From a virus (taxonomy: Duplodnaviria > Caudoviricetes), in IMG/VR virus record IMGVR_UViG_3300025251_000014, positions 1 through 58,476 of that record: DNA of 58,476 bases; one strand, written 5' to 3'. Of this stretch, positions 10,976 to 19,624 are shown in pieces. The position numbers were made by a program, and so were the translations under genes. A model generated the notes under the pieces. The model saw nothing but the letters and a program-made list of their open reading frames with translations. It was not told where the DNA came from and searched no databases. Each line of letters opens with the position of its first letter. Positions within the stretch are counted from its first letter, which is position 1.

Positions 10976-13619
10976 TATAGCAGGTAAAAACAGACAAGAA
11001 AGACAACAGGTTATACAGGATCTATTTAGCTATTGGCTTTCAAAGGGCAACATAAAAAATAGATTCACTCATAAAGGCTTAATAAAGGATAAGGATGCTA
11101 TAGATACTTTAGCATGGTTCTTTGAACAAAGATTAGAGCTTCCTTTTGATATTAATTCACCTATCCGTGATCACCATGTACGAAGAGCTAAGGTTGAGAT
11201 CGATAGCTTTGATAGGGCTCTTGGTGGTAAGTTTTCCAATCTTGCTTTTATAGTTCCTGAAGGTATTTCTAAACAGGATCCTATATCTAGGAAGTTTTAT
11301 ACCGAGCTTAATAGGATCTTAGACTTTGAACGTGTAAATGTAAATAGTGTTATGACGGATAATGCTTACATTGCAGATCATATGCTTGATGCCTATGTAC
11401 ATGAACATAATACAAAGGGTATTGTACATGGCACAATCATGAGGAAAAAAGGAGACAAGGCTCTTCAAGAATTACGGAGACTAAGGAAAGATCTTACAGA
11501 GTCGGATCCAAGTGCTAGAAAAGAGGCAGATTTAATCGCTAAGATCAAGGAGTTTATAGAGAGTGACAAAGAAGGTAAGACATTAAAAGACTTTAAAGAT
11601 CTGATAGAGATGGATCATGCTACATTTAAAAAAGCAACCGGACCTGATGAATACTTTGATAAAGACAATCAACTTAGGGCATTTAATCCCCATGTAGTGC
11701 TCGCGGTAAAGAAGGCAAAAGAAAACCTTGCTAAGATGGGCAGTACCTATCAGCTTGGTCTTACTGGGCTTCAGAAAATGATAGCTTTTGTGCATACTGG
11801 AGAACCTAACATTAAAAATGCTCGTAACTCCAGTCAGGAAGCTAGGAATCTCATAGACATTATTGAGGCTTCCAAGAAGGATCTTAGTGATGGCTCAAAA
11901 GCTGGTGGATATTTCCCAAGGATAGAGTTTGAAACTATGATGAGCATCAAGGAAGGTATTGGCAATGCTTTAACGACCAATAGAGAGGGTCAAAATAGGG
12001 CCTTTAGCGATGTTATAACAAATATACTATCTAATGCAAATATAAGTAGGGTTCCTGGACATGCACAAAAGCGAAGCCTTGTAGAACTGGATAAATACTG
12101 GGATCTAGATCCTCTTCTAGTTCTTAAAGAGTATGGCGATCAGGCTGTACAGTTCAACAAGCTTATACATACTCAATTGACATATCTCAAGGCATTAAAG
12201 CAGCTTCCACACACTCCTGATAAGTTTCACAGAGGCTTACGTAGGTTTATAGATGAAGAGTATGCTGTATTCACTAGAGGTACATCTGGTAGGACTGATT
12301 GGGCTAACTCTGCAGTAACCGCACTAAATGCATATCAAACAGCTCGAACTATGGGACTTAATATTACAGGTGCTGTTAAAAATGCTGCCTCTGCTATACA
12401 TTTCTATAGCAGGGTAGGTTTAGGTTCTTTAAAGGAAACTAGGAAGGCTATGACAGATGGCTCCTTTAGGGATATGATGAGAGAAGTAGAAAAGGAAACT
12501 GGCTTTCTATTTGCAGATGCTGCTCCAGAGCTATACACAGAAGGGTTAATCAGTAAGAAAGACTTAAATAGTGGTAACATTACCTTCAATCCTGTAACGG
12601 GTAAAATAGAAATGAACAATAGTCCTATTATAGACAAGCTTAAGGCTGGAGGTAAATGGACATTAGATAAGGGTTTATTTTTCCATAGATTAACAGAGAA
12701 CTATCAAAGAAAGTGGATGTTTAGAACTGCTATGTATAAGATGTATACACAGCTTATAAAGGATGGATATCCAGAGCCAGATGCTAAAAAGTTTGCTATG
12801 GCTTATGCACTAAATTCAGTTAATAGCTGGGCTTATGAATATGCTGCACATGCTAAGTCTAAATGGGCAAGGGGTGAGAGTAGAACTATAGAAGAAATAG
12901 ATAAGGATACAATAGAAGGTAAATGGGCTCCAAGCGTTAAAGGAGGCTTTTCAGAAGTAGCCTTGCATCTAATGCACTATCCAATGTCTCTAGCAGAATC
13001 TCATTATAGCTCCTTAAAGGGTGCTCATAAGGCATTACTTGCAAAGCAGGGATTCCAGGCAGAAGAGATACAATACGCTGCTAGATATGCGGCTATCAGC
13101 CTTGGTGTTGCACTTGTATCCATGCTATCTAATACCAATCTATTTAACATATTTGAGAATGAAACTCAAGACAGGCTGCTTAGGGCAAAAGATGACCTGT
13201 TTGCACATGGGGATAAGGACAAAAGTACATTTGGCTTGCTGTCAGAGATCTCTGGTCCTACCATAGGTCATATAAAGTATGGACTCATAGCTGCTGGCAT
13301 TATAGATGTAGAGGATAATACTCTCAATAAGATTATTTTTGGTAATGTGGACTTCTCTGATCCTGAGGATGAAAAATCTAACAGGTATGCAGCTTATCAA
13401 TGGTCAACCTTTTGGGGAACTACAAAGAATAAGATATGGCCTACATTACAAAATGGTAGAGGTAGAGATCTTATAACACATTATCTTAAACTTTATCCTT
13501 CAGATTGGACTAAAGCTGGACATGAAAAGGTATTTGGCAAAACTAAAAAGGCTAAGAAAAGTAATGATGATACAGTATTACAATCCTTAGCCCTATTAAA
13601 GCAGTTAAGCGAAAAATAA
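10965..13619 (+). CDS. Large internal virion/ejection protein, 884 aa
   Basis: GTG start overlapping the previous stop; helical, with amphipathic/hydrophobic C-terminal segments; last gene of the structural arm. Confidence 0.6.
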   Translation: MACNIAGKNRQERQQVIQDLFSYWLSKGNIKNRFTHKGLIKDKDAIDTLAWFFEQRLELPFDINSPIRDHHVRRAKVEIDSFDRALGGKFSNLAFIVPEGISKQDPISRKFYTELNRILDFERVNVNSVMTDNAYIADHMLDAYVHEHNTKGIVHGTIMRKKGDKALQELRRLRKDLTESDPSARKEADLIAKIKEFIESDKEGKTLKDFKDLIEMDHATFKKATGPDEYFDKDNQLRAFNPHVVLAVKKAKENLAKMGSTYQLGLTGLQKMIAFVHTGEPNIKNARNSSQEARNLIDIIEASKKDLSDGSKAGGYFPRIEFETMMSIKEGIGNALTTNREGQNRAFSDVITNILSNANISRVPGHAQKRSLVELDKYWDLDPLLVLKEYGDQAVQFNKLIHTQLTYLKALKQLPHTPDKFHRGLRRFIDEEYAVFTRGTSGRTDWANSAVTALNAYQTARTMGLNITGAVKNAASAIHFYSRVGLGSLKETRKAMTDGSFRDMMREVEKETGFLFADAAPELYTEGLISKKDLNSGNITFNPVTGKIEMNNSPIIDKLKAGGKWTLDKGLFFHRLTENYQRKWMFRTAMYKMYTQLIKDGYPEPDAKKFAMAYALNSVNSWAYEYAAHAKSKWARGESRTIEEIDKDTIEGKWAPSVKGGFSEVALHLMHYPMSLAESHYSSLKGAHKALLAKQGFQAEEIQYAARYAAISLGVALVSMLSNTNLFNIFENETQDRLLRAKDDLFAHGDKDKSTFGLLSEISGPTIGHIKYGLIAAGIIDVEDNTLNKIIFGNVDFSDPEDEKSNRYAAYQWSTFWGTTKNKIWPTLQNGRGRDLITHYLKLYPSDWTKAGHEKVFGKTKKAKKSNDDTVLQSLALLKQLSEK

Positions 13620-13778
13620 CTAAGCCATAGCCACGTCATCTTCACCAAGGGCAACATCTAAAACCTTGGAGAGTCTAGATGATAACTTTATTAATATATC
13701 CAGTGTTTGATCGTCACTTGAACTCTCTTCCATCTCTTCTAGATATATTTTAATGATAGGTATTAACTCATCCCTCAT
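13620..13778 (-). CDS. Hypothetical protein, 52 aa (MRDELIPIIKN...)
   Basis: Read manually; ATG overlaps the upstream TAA; stop abuts the convergent gene; below the ORF-track cutoff. Confidence 0.6.
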   Translation of the reverse strand: MRDELIPIIKIYLEEMEESSSDDQTLDILIKLSSRLSKVLDVALGEDDVAMA

Positions 13779-13942
13779 TACAATCCTAGTCTCCCTTCTA
13801 TTTTAGCAAGTTTTGATTGTATTGTAATAACATTGTCTTCTACCTTTAATAGTCTTTCACTAAGTGAGGCAAGCTCACTGCCTATGAAGTCTATATCCTT
13901 TTTGGCTTTCTTCTTCTCTTTTAACACGGTTTCGTTTGTCAT
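13778..13942 (-). CDS. Hypothetical coiled-coil protein, 54 aa (MTNETVLKEKK...)
   Basis: Read manually; AAGGA RBS; heptad-like Leu pattern. Confidence 0.6.
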   Translation of the reverse strand: MTNETVLKEKKKAKKDIDFIGSELASLSERLLKVEDNVITIQSKLAKIEGRLGL

Positions 13943-14051
13943 TTTTCCTTTCTTTGAGTTCTATAATGCCACAATTACTACAGTAGGGCACTGATTGAAG
14001 CGTTACTGTAGCTACCTTATCACATTCTATGCAGTGATTAGGTATTGGCAT
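13875..14051 (-). CDS. Small zinc-ribbon protein, 58 aa
   Basis: MPIPNHCIECDK...YCSNCG: two CxxC pairs; read manually. Confidence 0.55.
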   Translation of the reverse strand: MPIPNHCIECDKVATVTLQSVPYCSNCGIIELKERKNDKRNRVKREEESQKGYRLHRQ

Positions 14052-14418
14052 TAGAGTGATCCTCTTCTATTTGCAATAGGTCACAGAATACCAGAAATGG
14101 TATAGCAACCCATGCTTCTCTTTGGTTTTTCTTAAATACTACAGCAGGGGCAGTACAATCAGGTTTATTTGCTTCACACTGATCTATAGCTTGCCACATC
14201 TGTAGCCTTTCTACGTTCTTGCATTCAAAGCTATAAGGTAGACGGTCTCTCCCCGCAGGTGATAATACTATATCTTCGCCAGTCATACCCATTGTTTGAC
14301 TTTTAATATCGTCATCCTGCAGACTATTACAATATACCTCTCTAAGCATATCTCGTACATAGTTCTGTAATCGCCTACCTTTAGCTTTACTACTTTTAGC
14401 ACTTCTTGCCATAACCAA
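14038..14418 (-). CDS. Holliday junction resolvase (Hjc-like PD-(D/E)XK nuclease)
   Basis: KAKGRRLQ N-terminal helix, GEDIVLS and SFECKN motifs; lies at the end of the replication module; true start probably 14412. Confidence 0.85.
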   Translation of the reverse strand: MVMARSAKSSKAKGRRLQNYVRDMLREVYCNSLQDDDIKSQTMGMTGEDIVLSPAGRDRLPYSFECKNVERLQMWQAIDQCEANKPDCTAPAVVFKKNQREAWVAIPFLVFCDLLQIEEDHSNANT

Positions 14419-14662
14419 ACTCCTTTTCGAGGCGTTTTAAGGCCTCTGTTATTTTATGTAAGGGTGTAGGTCCATTTATTGGAGAAACGTCCGTTAAGGC
14501 ACCATTTTGGCCCGAATTCGATGCCATAGTGGCATTAAACTCATCAGCAGTGGTCCTTTCCCAGTCCATAGTGGTTATTTTATCACAGTGTTTACACCTC
14601 ATTAAAATGGCGCGTCTGTGTTCTCGTTCTTTAGGCACAATATCAGTTCCTCCTTTCCCCAT
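14396..14662 (-). CDS. Hypothetical protein (CxxC; likely starts at 14602, MRCKHCDK)
   Basis: ORF track; ATG at 14602 overlaps the previous TAA. Confidence 0.5.
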   Translation of the reverse strand: MGKGGTDIVPKEREHRRAILMRCKHCDKITTMDWERTTADEFNATMASNSGQNGALTDVSPINGPTPLHKITEALKRLEKEFGYGKKC

Positions 14663-14799
14663 TCTGTCACAGTTCTAAAGATTTCACCATCATATATAGT
14701 ACCATCTATATCTACTACTCCTAGGAACATAGGTGTATCTATATTAGGTGGTTCTTTATCGTATGCCGAGTTCTTCTGGAAGTGATATTGGGTTCTCAC
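14602..14799 (-). CDS. Hypothetical protein, 65 aa, acidic DAPF C-terminus
   Basis: ORF track; ATGA overlap with the upstream gene. Confidence 0.55.
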   Translation of the reverse strand: MRTQYHFQKNSAYDKEPPNIDTPMFLGVVDIDGTIYDGEIFRTVTEWGKEELILCLKNENTDAPF

Positions 14800-14995
14800 G
14801 TAGGTTCTCCAACTTCTTCGTTATGTTCTTCGACCCCAGCTCCCTCTTCGCGCACTTCAGGCATATCACCTTCAGATTGTATCCCGTCAGCCAACACGCC
14901 CCTGGAACCATGATGTACGCTTCCGTCTTCACCTTGTAGTCTGTCCCACATACGGTGCATTGATGGATTACTTTCTTTCCTAGATATAGAATCAT
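14756..14995 (-). CDS. Small zinc-finger protein, 79 aa
   Basis: CTVC...CLKC pairs; overlaps the out-of-frame 3' tail of 14796-15290. Confidence 0.55.
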   Translation of the reverse strand: MILYLGKKVIHQCTVCGTDYKVKTEAYIMVPGACWLTGYNLKVICLKCAKRELGSKNITKKLENLRENPISLPEELGIR

Positions 14996-15290
14996 CTTCT
15001 ATCATCCCCCATAGTAGCATTAAATACACTATACAGTCTGTAATTCGACCTGTTACGTCCTCTCTTTGTGACTCATGACCTTTAATATAAGCAGAAATCC
15101 CATCAATGTGCTTCAACATATAAGTCATAAGTACCTTCTTTCTATCTACCTCTAACAGATTACTTACTCTATCAAAGTTAGCAAATACATTATCTTCGTC
15201 GTGAGCATATTCTTCCTGCCCTCTATCGCGCATTTCCTTCACTTGGTGTAGTATGTCCTCTGTCAGATCTCTCATCGTGCTCGTTTTCAT
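14796..15290 (-). CDS. Nucleotide-modification-associated / MazG-like all-alpha NTP pyrophosphohydrolase family protein (DUF1599/Nmad1-like)
   Basis: EYAHDEDNVFANF...KHIDGI...GRITDCIVYL pattern. Confidence 0.65.
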   Translation of the reverse strand: MKTSTMRDLTEDILHQVKEMRDRGQEEYAHDEDNVFANFDRVSNLLEVDRKKVLMTYMLKHIDGISAYIKGHESQREDVTGRITDCIVYLMLLWGMIEDDSISRKESNPSMHRMWDRLQGEDGSVHHGSRGVLADGIQSEGDMPEVREEGAGVEEHNEEVGEPT

Positions 15291-17028
15291 TTAGTATTAT
15301 CCTTACGTTATCAACCTTAAGTTGTACATTGATGTGTTCTCTCTCTCTATTGGCTTCACATCTTAAGTTAAGATACTCTAATTCGCCTTTAACTCTAGAT
15401 TTTCTAGGTATAAGAGATAATATTTTGTTAGCATTATAAGCTGTCCTGAATGAACCTTTGGATGAAGCTATGCCCATCCCTTCACTCATAGCAGACTTAC
15501 TTATCTCACTAACTGCAAATACTATAAGGTTGTGTTTAACTGCTAATTGCATCATTGCTTGTGATGCTTCTTCTACCTGCATATTTGGATCCTTTAAGTT
15601 ACTCTGAAATAGTCCCATATGATCTACTACCACTATTCTTGGTTTTGTAGGCAGTGTCATAACTGTCTTTTCCAGATCAGCTGCAGGTATAGCAGAGAAA
15701 TTGGTTGTAAGCCACTGAAAACTTTTATCTTGACCATTTTGAAAGCTACTATAGTGCTTTCTTAGATCGCCTTCTGACCAACCATTTTCTATCATGACAA
15801 ACCTAGACCATATTTGTCTTGGAGACATTTCCATTTCCAAGAAGAATGTCGGTACTTTAAAGGCTGTCATCCAATTCTGCAATAGCATAGTTTTCATACT
15901 TTTAGGTGGTGCTTGTAGTATCACTACCTCTCCTGGATATATAGGAAAGTACTCACCATAAAGAGATCCTATATCAATAGGTGTGACATCAGATTTATAG
16001 AAATCTATCAGTACATTTTCCATGTCTGAAGAATCCATAAGTGTCTGACTCTTCTTATTTCTGTATAAACGACATGTATTCTTACAGTGTTCATCCATAA
16101 TAATATCACTACATCCATATCTATAGCCCTCTCCATTATGACCTTCATAACAGTTAGTAACAATACCATCCATCTCTATTTTAGGCATGGTATCATCTTT
16201 ACCAGTAACACCTTGTCTCCATGTCTCCATAATGGTTCTAACTATACTTTCAGGATATCTCCATCGAAACCATGAAGCAAGTCTAAGCGACGTAGTATGA
16301 CGCTTTCCATACGGTGCAGACTCTAACATACTACTAATACAGGGATATAACTGAGGATCAGATGATCTACCTTGACTGACAATGCCTGTCTTAATAGTTT
16401 TCTTATCCTTTTCTGTTATAGTTATATCAAATACAGGTGCTATACATTCCAATACTAGATCATCTAGCTCATGCGGTTGCTTAGCATAGCTCATAATATC
16501 ATCTACTTGAGCTTCAAGCATACCATTCGCGAGCTGCACTTTATAACATCCACTTTTAGTATTCTTCGTATTAGGTACTCTTATTAGTCTGAGTTTGTCT
16601 GTTACTGAAGGATCAGCATATTCAAATATACCATGTTCTTTGAGTACTGTTTTTAGCTTTATATGTAAGTTCTTATGAGGAATATACGTAAAAGCTGAGC
16701 TTGGTATATGAAAATGAAAGCCTGTACCACTAAAGAAAGCTTTAAATGGTATTCCTAGGTCATCTAATAATATCTTTAAACCTATACTCTTTTGTTGAGC
16801 ATCTTCTGGATTCGCCCCATCAACATCCAGAATAAACTCTTCAGGTATATATGCTTTCCCATCATAACCAGCTAGTTTTTTGTTTTTGGCAAAGTAGTCT
16901 TTTACATCTTCATCATACTCATATAAAGACATAAAGGTATCACTATCAAGGTTCATATACTTACCCATACTTGATGAATCCTCAAAATAGTGTCTTCTAC
17001 CTAGTCCAAATGCAAACTCTCTAATCAT
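15223..17028 (-). CDS. Primase-helicase: AEP prim-pol domain, Cys-rich primase C-terminal domain, SF4/RecA-like helicase
   Basis: AEP motifs ILDVD, FSGTGFH, RLIRVPNTKN; PCI...C...YGC..C...C cluster; degenerate Walker A APPKSMKT, LEMEMS, Walker B IVVVDH. Confidence 0.88.
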   Translation of the reverse strand: MIREFAFGLGRRHYFEDSSSMGKYMNLDSDTFMSLYEYDEDVKDYFAKNKKLAGYDGKAYIPEEFILDVDGANPEDAQQKSIGLKILLDDLGIPFKAFFSGTGFHFHIPSSAFTYIPHKNLHIKLKTVLKEHGIFEYADPSVTDKLRLIRVPNTKNTKSGCYKVQLANGMLEAQVDDIMSYAKQPHELDDLVLECIAPVFDITITEKDKKTIKTGIVSQGRSSDPQLYPCISSMLESAPYGKRHTTSLRLASWFRWRYPESIVRTIMETWRQGVTGKDDTMPKIEMDGIVTNCYEGHNGEGYRYGCSDIIMDEHCKNTCRLYRNKKSQTLMDSSDMENVLIDFYKSDVTPIDIGSLYGEYFPIYPGEVVILQAPPKSMKTMLLQNWMTAFKVPTFFLEMEMSPRQIWSRFVMIENGWSEGDLRKHYSSFQNGQDKSFQWLTTNFSAIPAADLEKTVMTLPTKPRIVVVDHMGLFQSNLKDPNMQVEEASQAMMQLAVKHNLIVFAVSEISKSAMSEGMGIASSKGSFRTAYNANKILSLIPRKSRVKGELEYLNLRCEANREREHINVQLKVDNVRIILNENEHDERSDRGHTTPSEGNAR

Positions 17029-17036
17029 TTTTCTCC

Positions 17037-17426
17037 TTAAAAGAAGTCAAATAGTGCTTTAGCCAGTTCTTTAACTGATATTTTAGGTAGATAGATAGGA
17101 TTGCTCTTATCATCTCCAGTAAGCGCTATTCCAGTTGCGGTTGAAGTTATGGTAAAGTAGCCATTCTTAGGCTTTGTCTTTAACATACTTATTTGTTTTT
17201 TTGCAGGTGGTACTGGATCATTTTCTACACAAGGTATCTGATCAACATCACTTAAGTGTAATGTTTTCAACAGTTTATCAGTAACTCTGGTTCTAATATC
17301 AGTGTCTGCTACTTCACCATCATTACATATGTGTACTAAGTTATCAGAGTCAAACAGTTTAAACTGCCCGTCTGGTGTTCTCCAGTGTAAGCCTGTGGCA
17401 TCACAGCCTCTATTACATTGTATCAT
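17037..17426 (-). CDS. Hypothetical protein with CxxxC...HxC metal-binding N-terminus
   Basis: ORF track; GGAG RBS. Confidence 0.65.
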   Translation of the reverse strand: MIQCNRGCDATGLHWRTPDGQFKLFDSDNLVHICNDGEVADTDIRTRVTDKLLKTLHLSDVDQIPCVENDPVPPAKKQISMLKTKPKNGYFTITSTATGIALTGDDKSNPIYLPKISVKELAKALFDFF

Positions 17427-17456
17427 TTTCTCTCCAATGTTATGTTGTTAAAAGTG

Positions 17457-17566
17457 TAGGGGAGACCCATGCTTATTATGACGTTCGTCAACCATTGTGC
17501 TTTCGCCCGAGGTGAGTACTGAGCCTTTATTAACGGATGTAGGGTTTTAGTCGTCGAACTCCCCTA
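17457..17566 (-). ncRNA. Candidate structured intergenic RNA element
   Basis: Closing stem TAGGGGAG (17457-64) / CTCCCCTA (17559-66); internal GC-GAAA-GC tetraloop hairpin on the minus strand; fills the SSB-to-17426 intergenic gap. Confidence 0.45.
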
Positions 17567-17573
17567 ACGCCTC

Positions 17574-18110
17574 CTAGAAGGGTATATCAGCAGTTTCAGT
17601 TGTTGTACCATTAGCTGAGGGAGTTGGAGCATCATCCTTAGCAACATACTCAGTATAATACTGTTCTGCTCTCCTCTTCCAATAGTTAACATCATTCTCT
17701 GTGAACTTCTCAATGATATTCTCAAACTCAGTTGGTGCTACTTGCTTTAAAGCTCTTGTGTAGTCGCCATCTGGGTAAAAGTATACATTAAGAGTTTGCC
17801 CCTTTAGATGCTTAGTATCGTCATCTATTTTCACAACTACATTACCATCAGGACCATCTAGCCCATCAGTAATGCCAGCATTAGCAAAGCGAAAGACTTG
17901 TCCTATAGCGAACTCTTCTCCATCTTTACCTTTTTGTTCATAGACTCTCATATTAAAGTTATCAGGATAGTCATCAAAGAATACATCTAAGTATTTTTTG
18001 CCTTCCCAATCACCATATGTAGCCTTAGAAACTGTTAGTGCATGCCAACCACGAGTGTAGTCAACACCACTACTTTTTCTTACTGTTAGTGTTCTCATTT
18101 CGATCTCCAT
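17574..18110 (-). CDS. ssb: Single-stranded DNA-binding protein (OB-fold, DUF669-like)
   Basis: Beta-rich core, acidic tail ending DIPF, directly downstream of a Sak4-like ATPase; likely start 18098. Confidence 0.7.
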   Translation of the reverse strand: MEIEMRTLTVRKSSGVDYTRGWHALTVSKATYGDWEGKKYLDVFFDDYPDNFNMRVYEQKGKDGEEFAIGQVFRFANAGITDGLDGPDGNVVVKIDDDTKHLKGQTLNVYFYPDGDYTRALKQVAPTEFENIIEKFTENDVNYWKRRAEQYYTEYVAKDDAPTPSANGTTTETADIPF

Positions 18111-18843
18111 TTACTAGTGTTTGCAAACTATAGGTCTTACCAGAACCAGGAGAACCTATTATTAGTATCTTAGCTCCTGAGAAACCTTTCTCTCTAGCTG
18201 CGTTGATAACTAATTGATAATCTTGTTCTATAAGTGGTTCTAATAGACCTGTTCTATCCTTGGCATGGTCATATTTCTCACTACGAGTGGTTACCCACTT
18301 ATAGTGTAAACCATCATCCTCTATTACAGCTTGTGTATAGAATACAAAGTCGAACCATTTACTGATATCATCTTTGCTACTACCATCTATGTATGGTATT
18401 ACTTTATTACCATCGTCCATAGTCTGTACTTTAGAGTGACAGTTACATATAACTACACCAGGAATCTTACTTATAAAGTCTAAAGCTCCGTCTAGCTTAT
18501 TCTTAAGCTGACCCCAGCCTTGCAACTTCATTTTGCCATCTTTATCAGACAGCTGTCTCATATACTTCTTTGATAGCTCTGAGAATGTATCCAAGATTAA
18601 AGCATCCACCTGAGTACCATTTCGTAGTACTACTTCTGTACGCTTTTCATCTATTTCAAGATCGCCTAGTTTGATCTTCTCAGTTATAACTTTCTGTTGG
18701 TACAATTTACTGATAGTATCCTGGAATTGATCCCAAGTACCAGGTTGTAACACTGGAAAGCCAAACTGTTTATGGATATGTTCTTTAGAGCCGAGAGTTT
18801 GAGACCCATGTTCTAGGTCGAACATTAGAGTTTTCATGCGCAT
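18070..18843 (-). CDS. Sak4-like (AAA_24) ssDNA-annealing ATPase, circularly permuted
   Basis: AAGGAG RBS before ATG 18843; TLMFDLEHG, Walker B LILDTFSE, QGWG and AKDR motifs; Walker A GSPGSGKT is at the C-terminus (18133-18156). Confidence 0.85.
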   Translation of the reverse strand: MRMKTLMFDLEHGSQTLGSKEHIHKQFGFPVLQPGTWDQFQDTISKLYQQKVITEKIKLGDLEIDEKRTEVVLRNGTQVDALILDTFSELSKKYMRQLSDKDGKMKLQGWGQLKNKLDGALDFISKIPGVVICNCHSKVQTMDDGNKVIPYIDGSSKDDISKWFDFVFYTQAVIEDDGLHYKWVTTRSEKYDHAKDRTGLLEPLIEQDYQLVINAAREKGFSGAKILIIGSPGSGKTYSLQTLVNGDRNENTNSKKK

Positions 18844-18922
18844 TCTCTCCTTTATTGTTAAGATTAACAAGGGACTGAAATAGCCCCCTATTAATCGTTT
18901 ATGGATTGACATCCTACGTGTA

Positions 18923-18951
18923 AATATACACATAGTAGTGTCTAACCGCAA
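18923..18951 (-). promoter_or_regulatory. Sigma70-like promoter for the replication genes
   Basis: TTGCGG-17 nt-TATATT on the minus strand; shares GTATATTTACA with the promoter at 30861-30893. Confidence 0.55.
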
Positions 18952-18970
18952 AGCTTTTTCTGCCTTCCGG

Positions 18971-19624
18971 TTATATTTTCTGTATCATCATAGTTGGAAA
19001 GTGGAAGCTGAAGTCACCATTAAAAGGTGAGTTTGTTATAAACTTGCGTACAGCATTAGCTATAAAACTACCACTCATATTTGCGCAGTAACTTGTAGCT
19101 TTAGCATTGCATGGTTCTTCATCTCCTTCTGCATCTGAGTACCACACCTTTTGATACTTCTTAAGCGTTGGTTTACTTATAAAGTATTGTTGATAGTGTT
19201 CAGCACCCATCCTTCCATCTATGATGCATTCTGGTTTTGTAGTAGGGTTAGAGCATATAGTTGTGACCGCCTCCAATCGCGATCCCATGGAATCAAACCC
19301 AATGATTACTATATCCTTCTGATCTTGAAAGTAGAACTCATCAAATTCTCCTGTATGTTCATCTACTATACAGTTAGGTTCAATGCTAAGCAAGTGCCCC
19401 TTTAATGCTTGCGTTTTATATTTATCAATATCGCTTTGTGTATACTGTGATACACCAATATTGACATCTTCTACTTTGTCACGATCATACAGATGAAAGC
19501 TCATAGCCCCCATTCTAACCAGTTGTGTTGCTGCGGAACTCCCAATAGCTCCGCAGCCAAGTATATGGAATGTATATTGACCAGTCCCTTCAAAGAGACC
19601 TTCTGATCTAGCTGTAATACTCAT
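18971..19624 (-). CDS. ThiF/MoeB/E1-family ubiquitin-like activating enzyme
   Basis: ILGCGAIGS nucleotide-binding loop, YDRDKVEDVN, K70, GFDS, IIDGRMG, candidate catalytic Cys172 (EEPCN); N-terminal Arg6; no Zn CxxC pairs. Confidence 0.92.
   Translation of the reverse strand: MSITARSEGLFEGTGQYTFHILGCGAIGSSAATQLVRMGAMSFHLYDRDKVEDVNIGVSQYTQSDIDKYKTQALKGHLLSIEPNCIVDEHTGEFDEFYFQDQKDIVIIGFDSMGSRLEAVTTICSNPTTKPECIIDGRMGAEHYQQYFISKPTLKKYQKVWYSDAEGDEEPCNAKATSYCANMSGSFIANAVRKFITNSPFNGDFSFHFPTMMIQKI

Noticed and set aside
1190-13266. Numerous antisense and out-of-frame ORFs inside the large virion genes (also throughout 32-58 kb)
   Set aside because: Ser/Leu/Phe-rich shadow frames of long coding sequences, without RBS or motifs.
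18844-18951. N-terminal extension of the Sak4-like ORF in the track
   Set aside because: Overlaps a promoter-like element; a strong AAGGAG RBS precedes ATG 18843; the extension contains no Walker A.
18971-19624. ThiF as a thiamine or molybdopterin auxiliary metabolic gene
   Set aside because: No thiG, moaE or sulfur-transfer genes; zinc motifs absent; coupling to JAB and presence of an E2-like gene fit protein conjugation better, though not proven.
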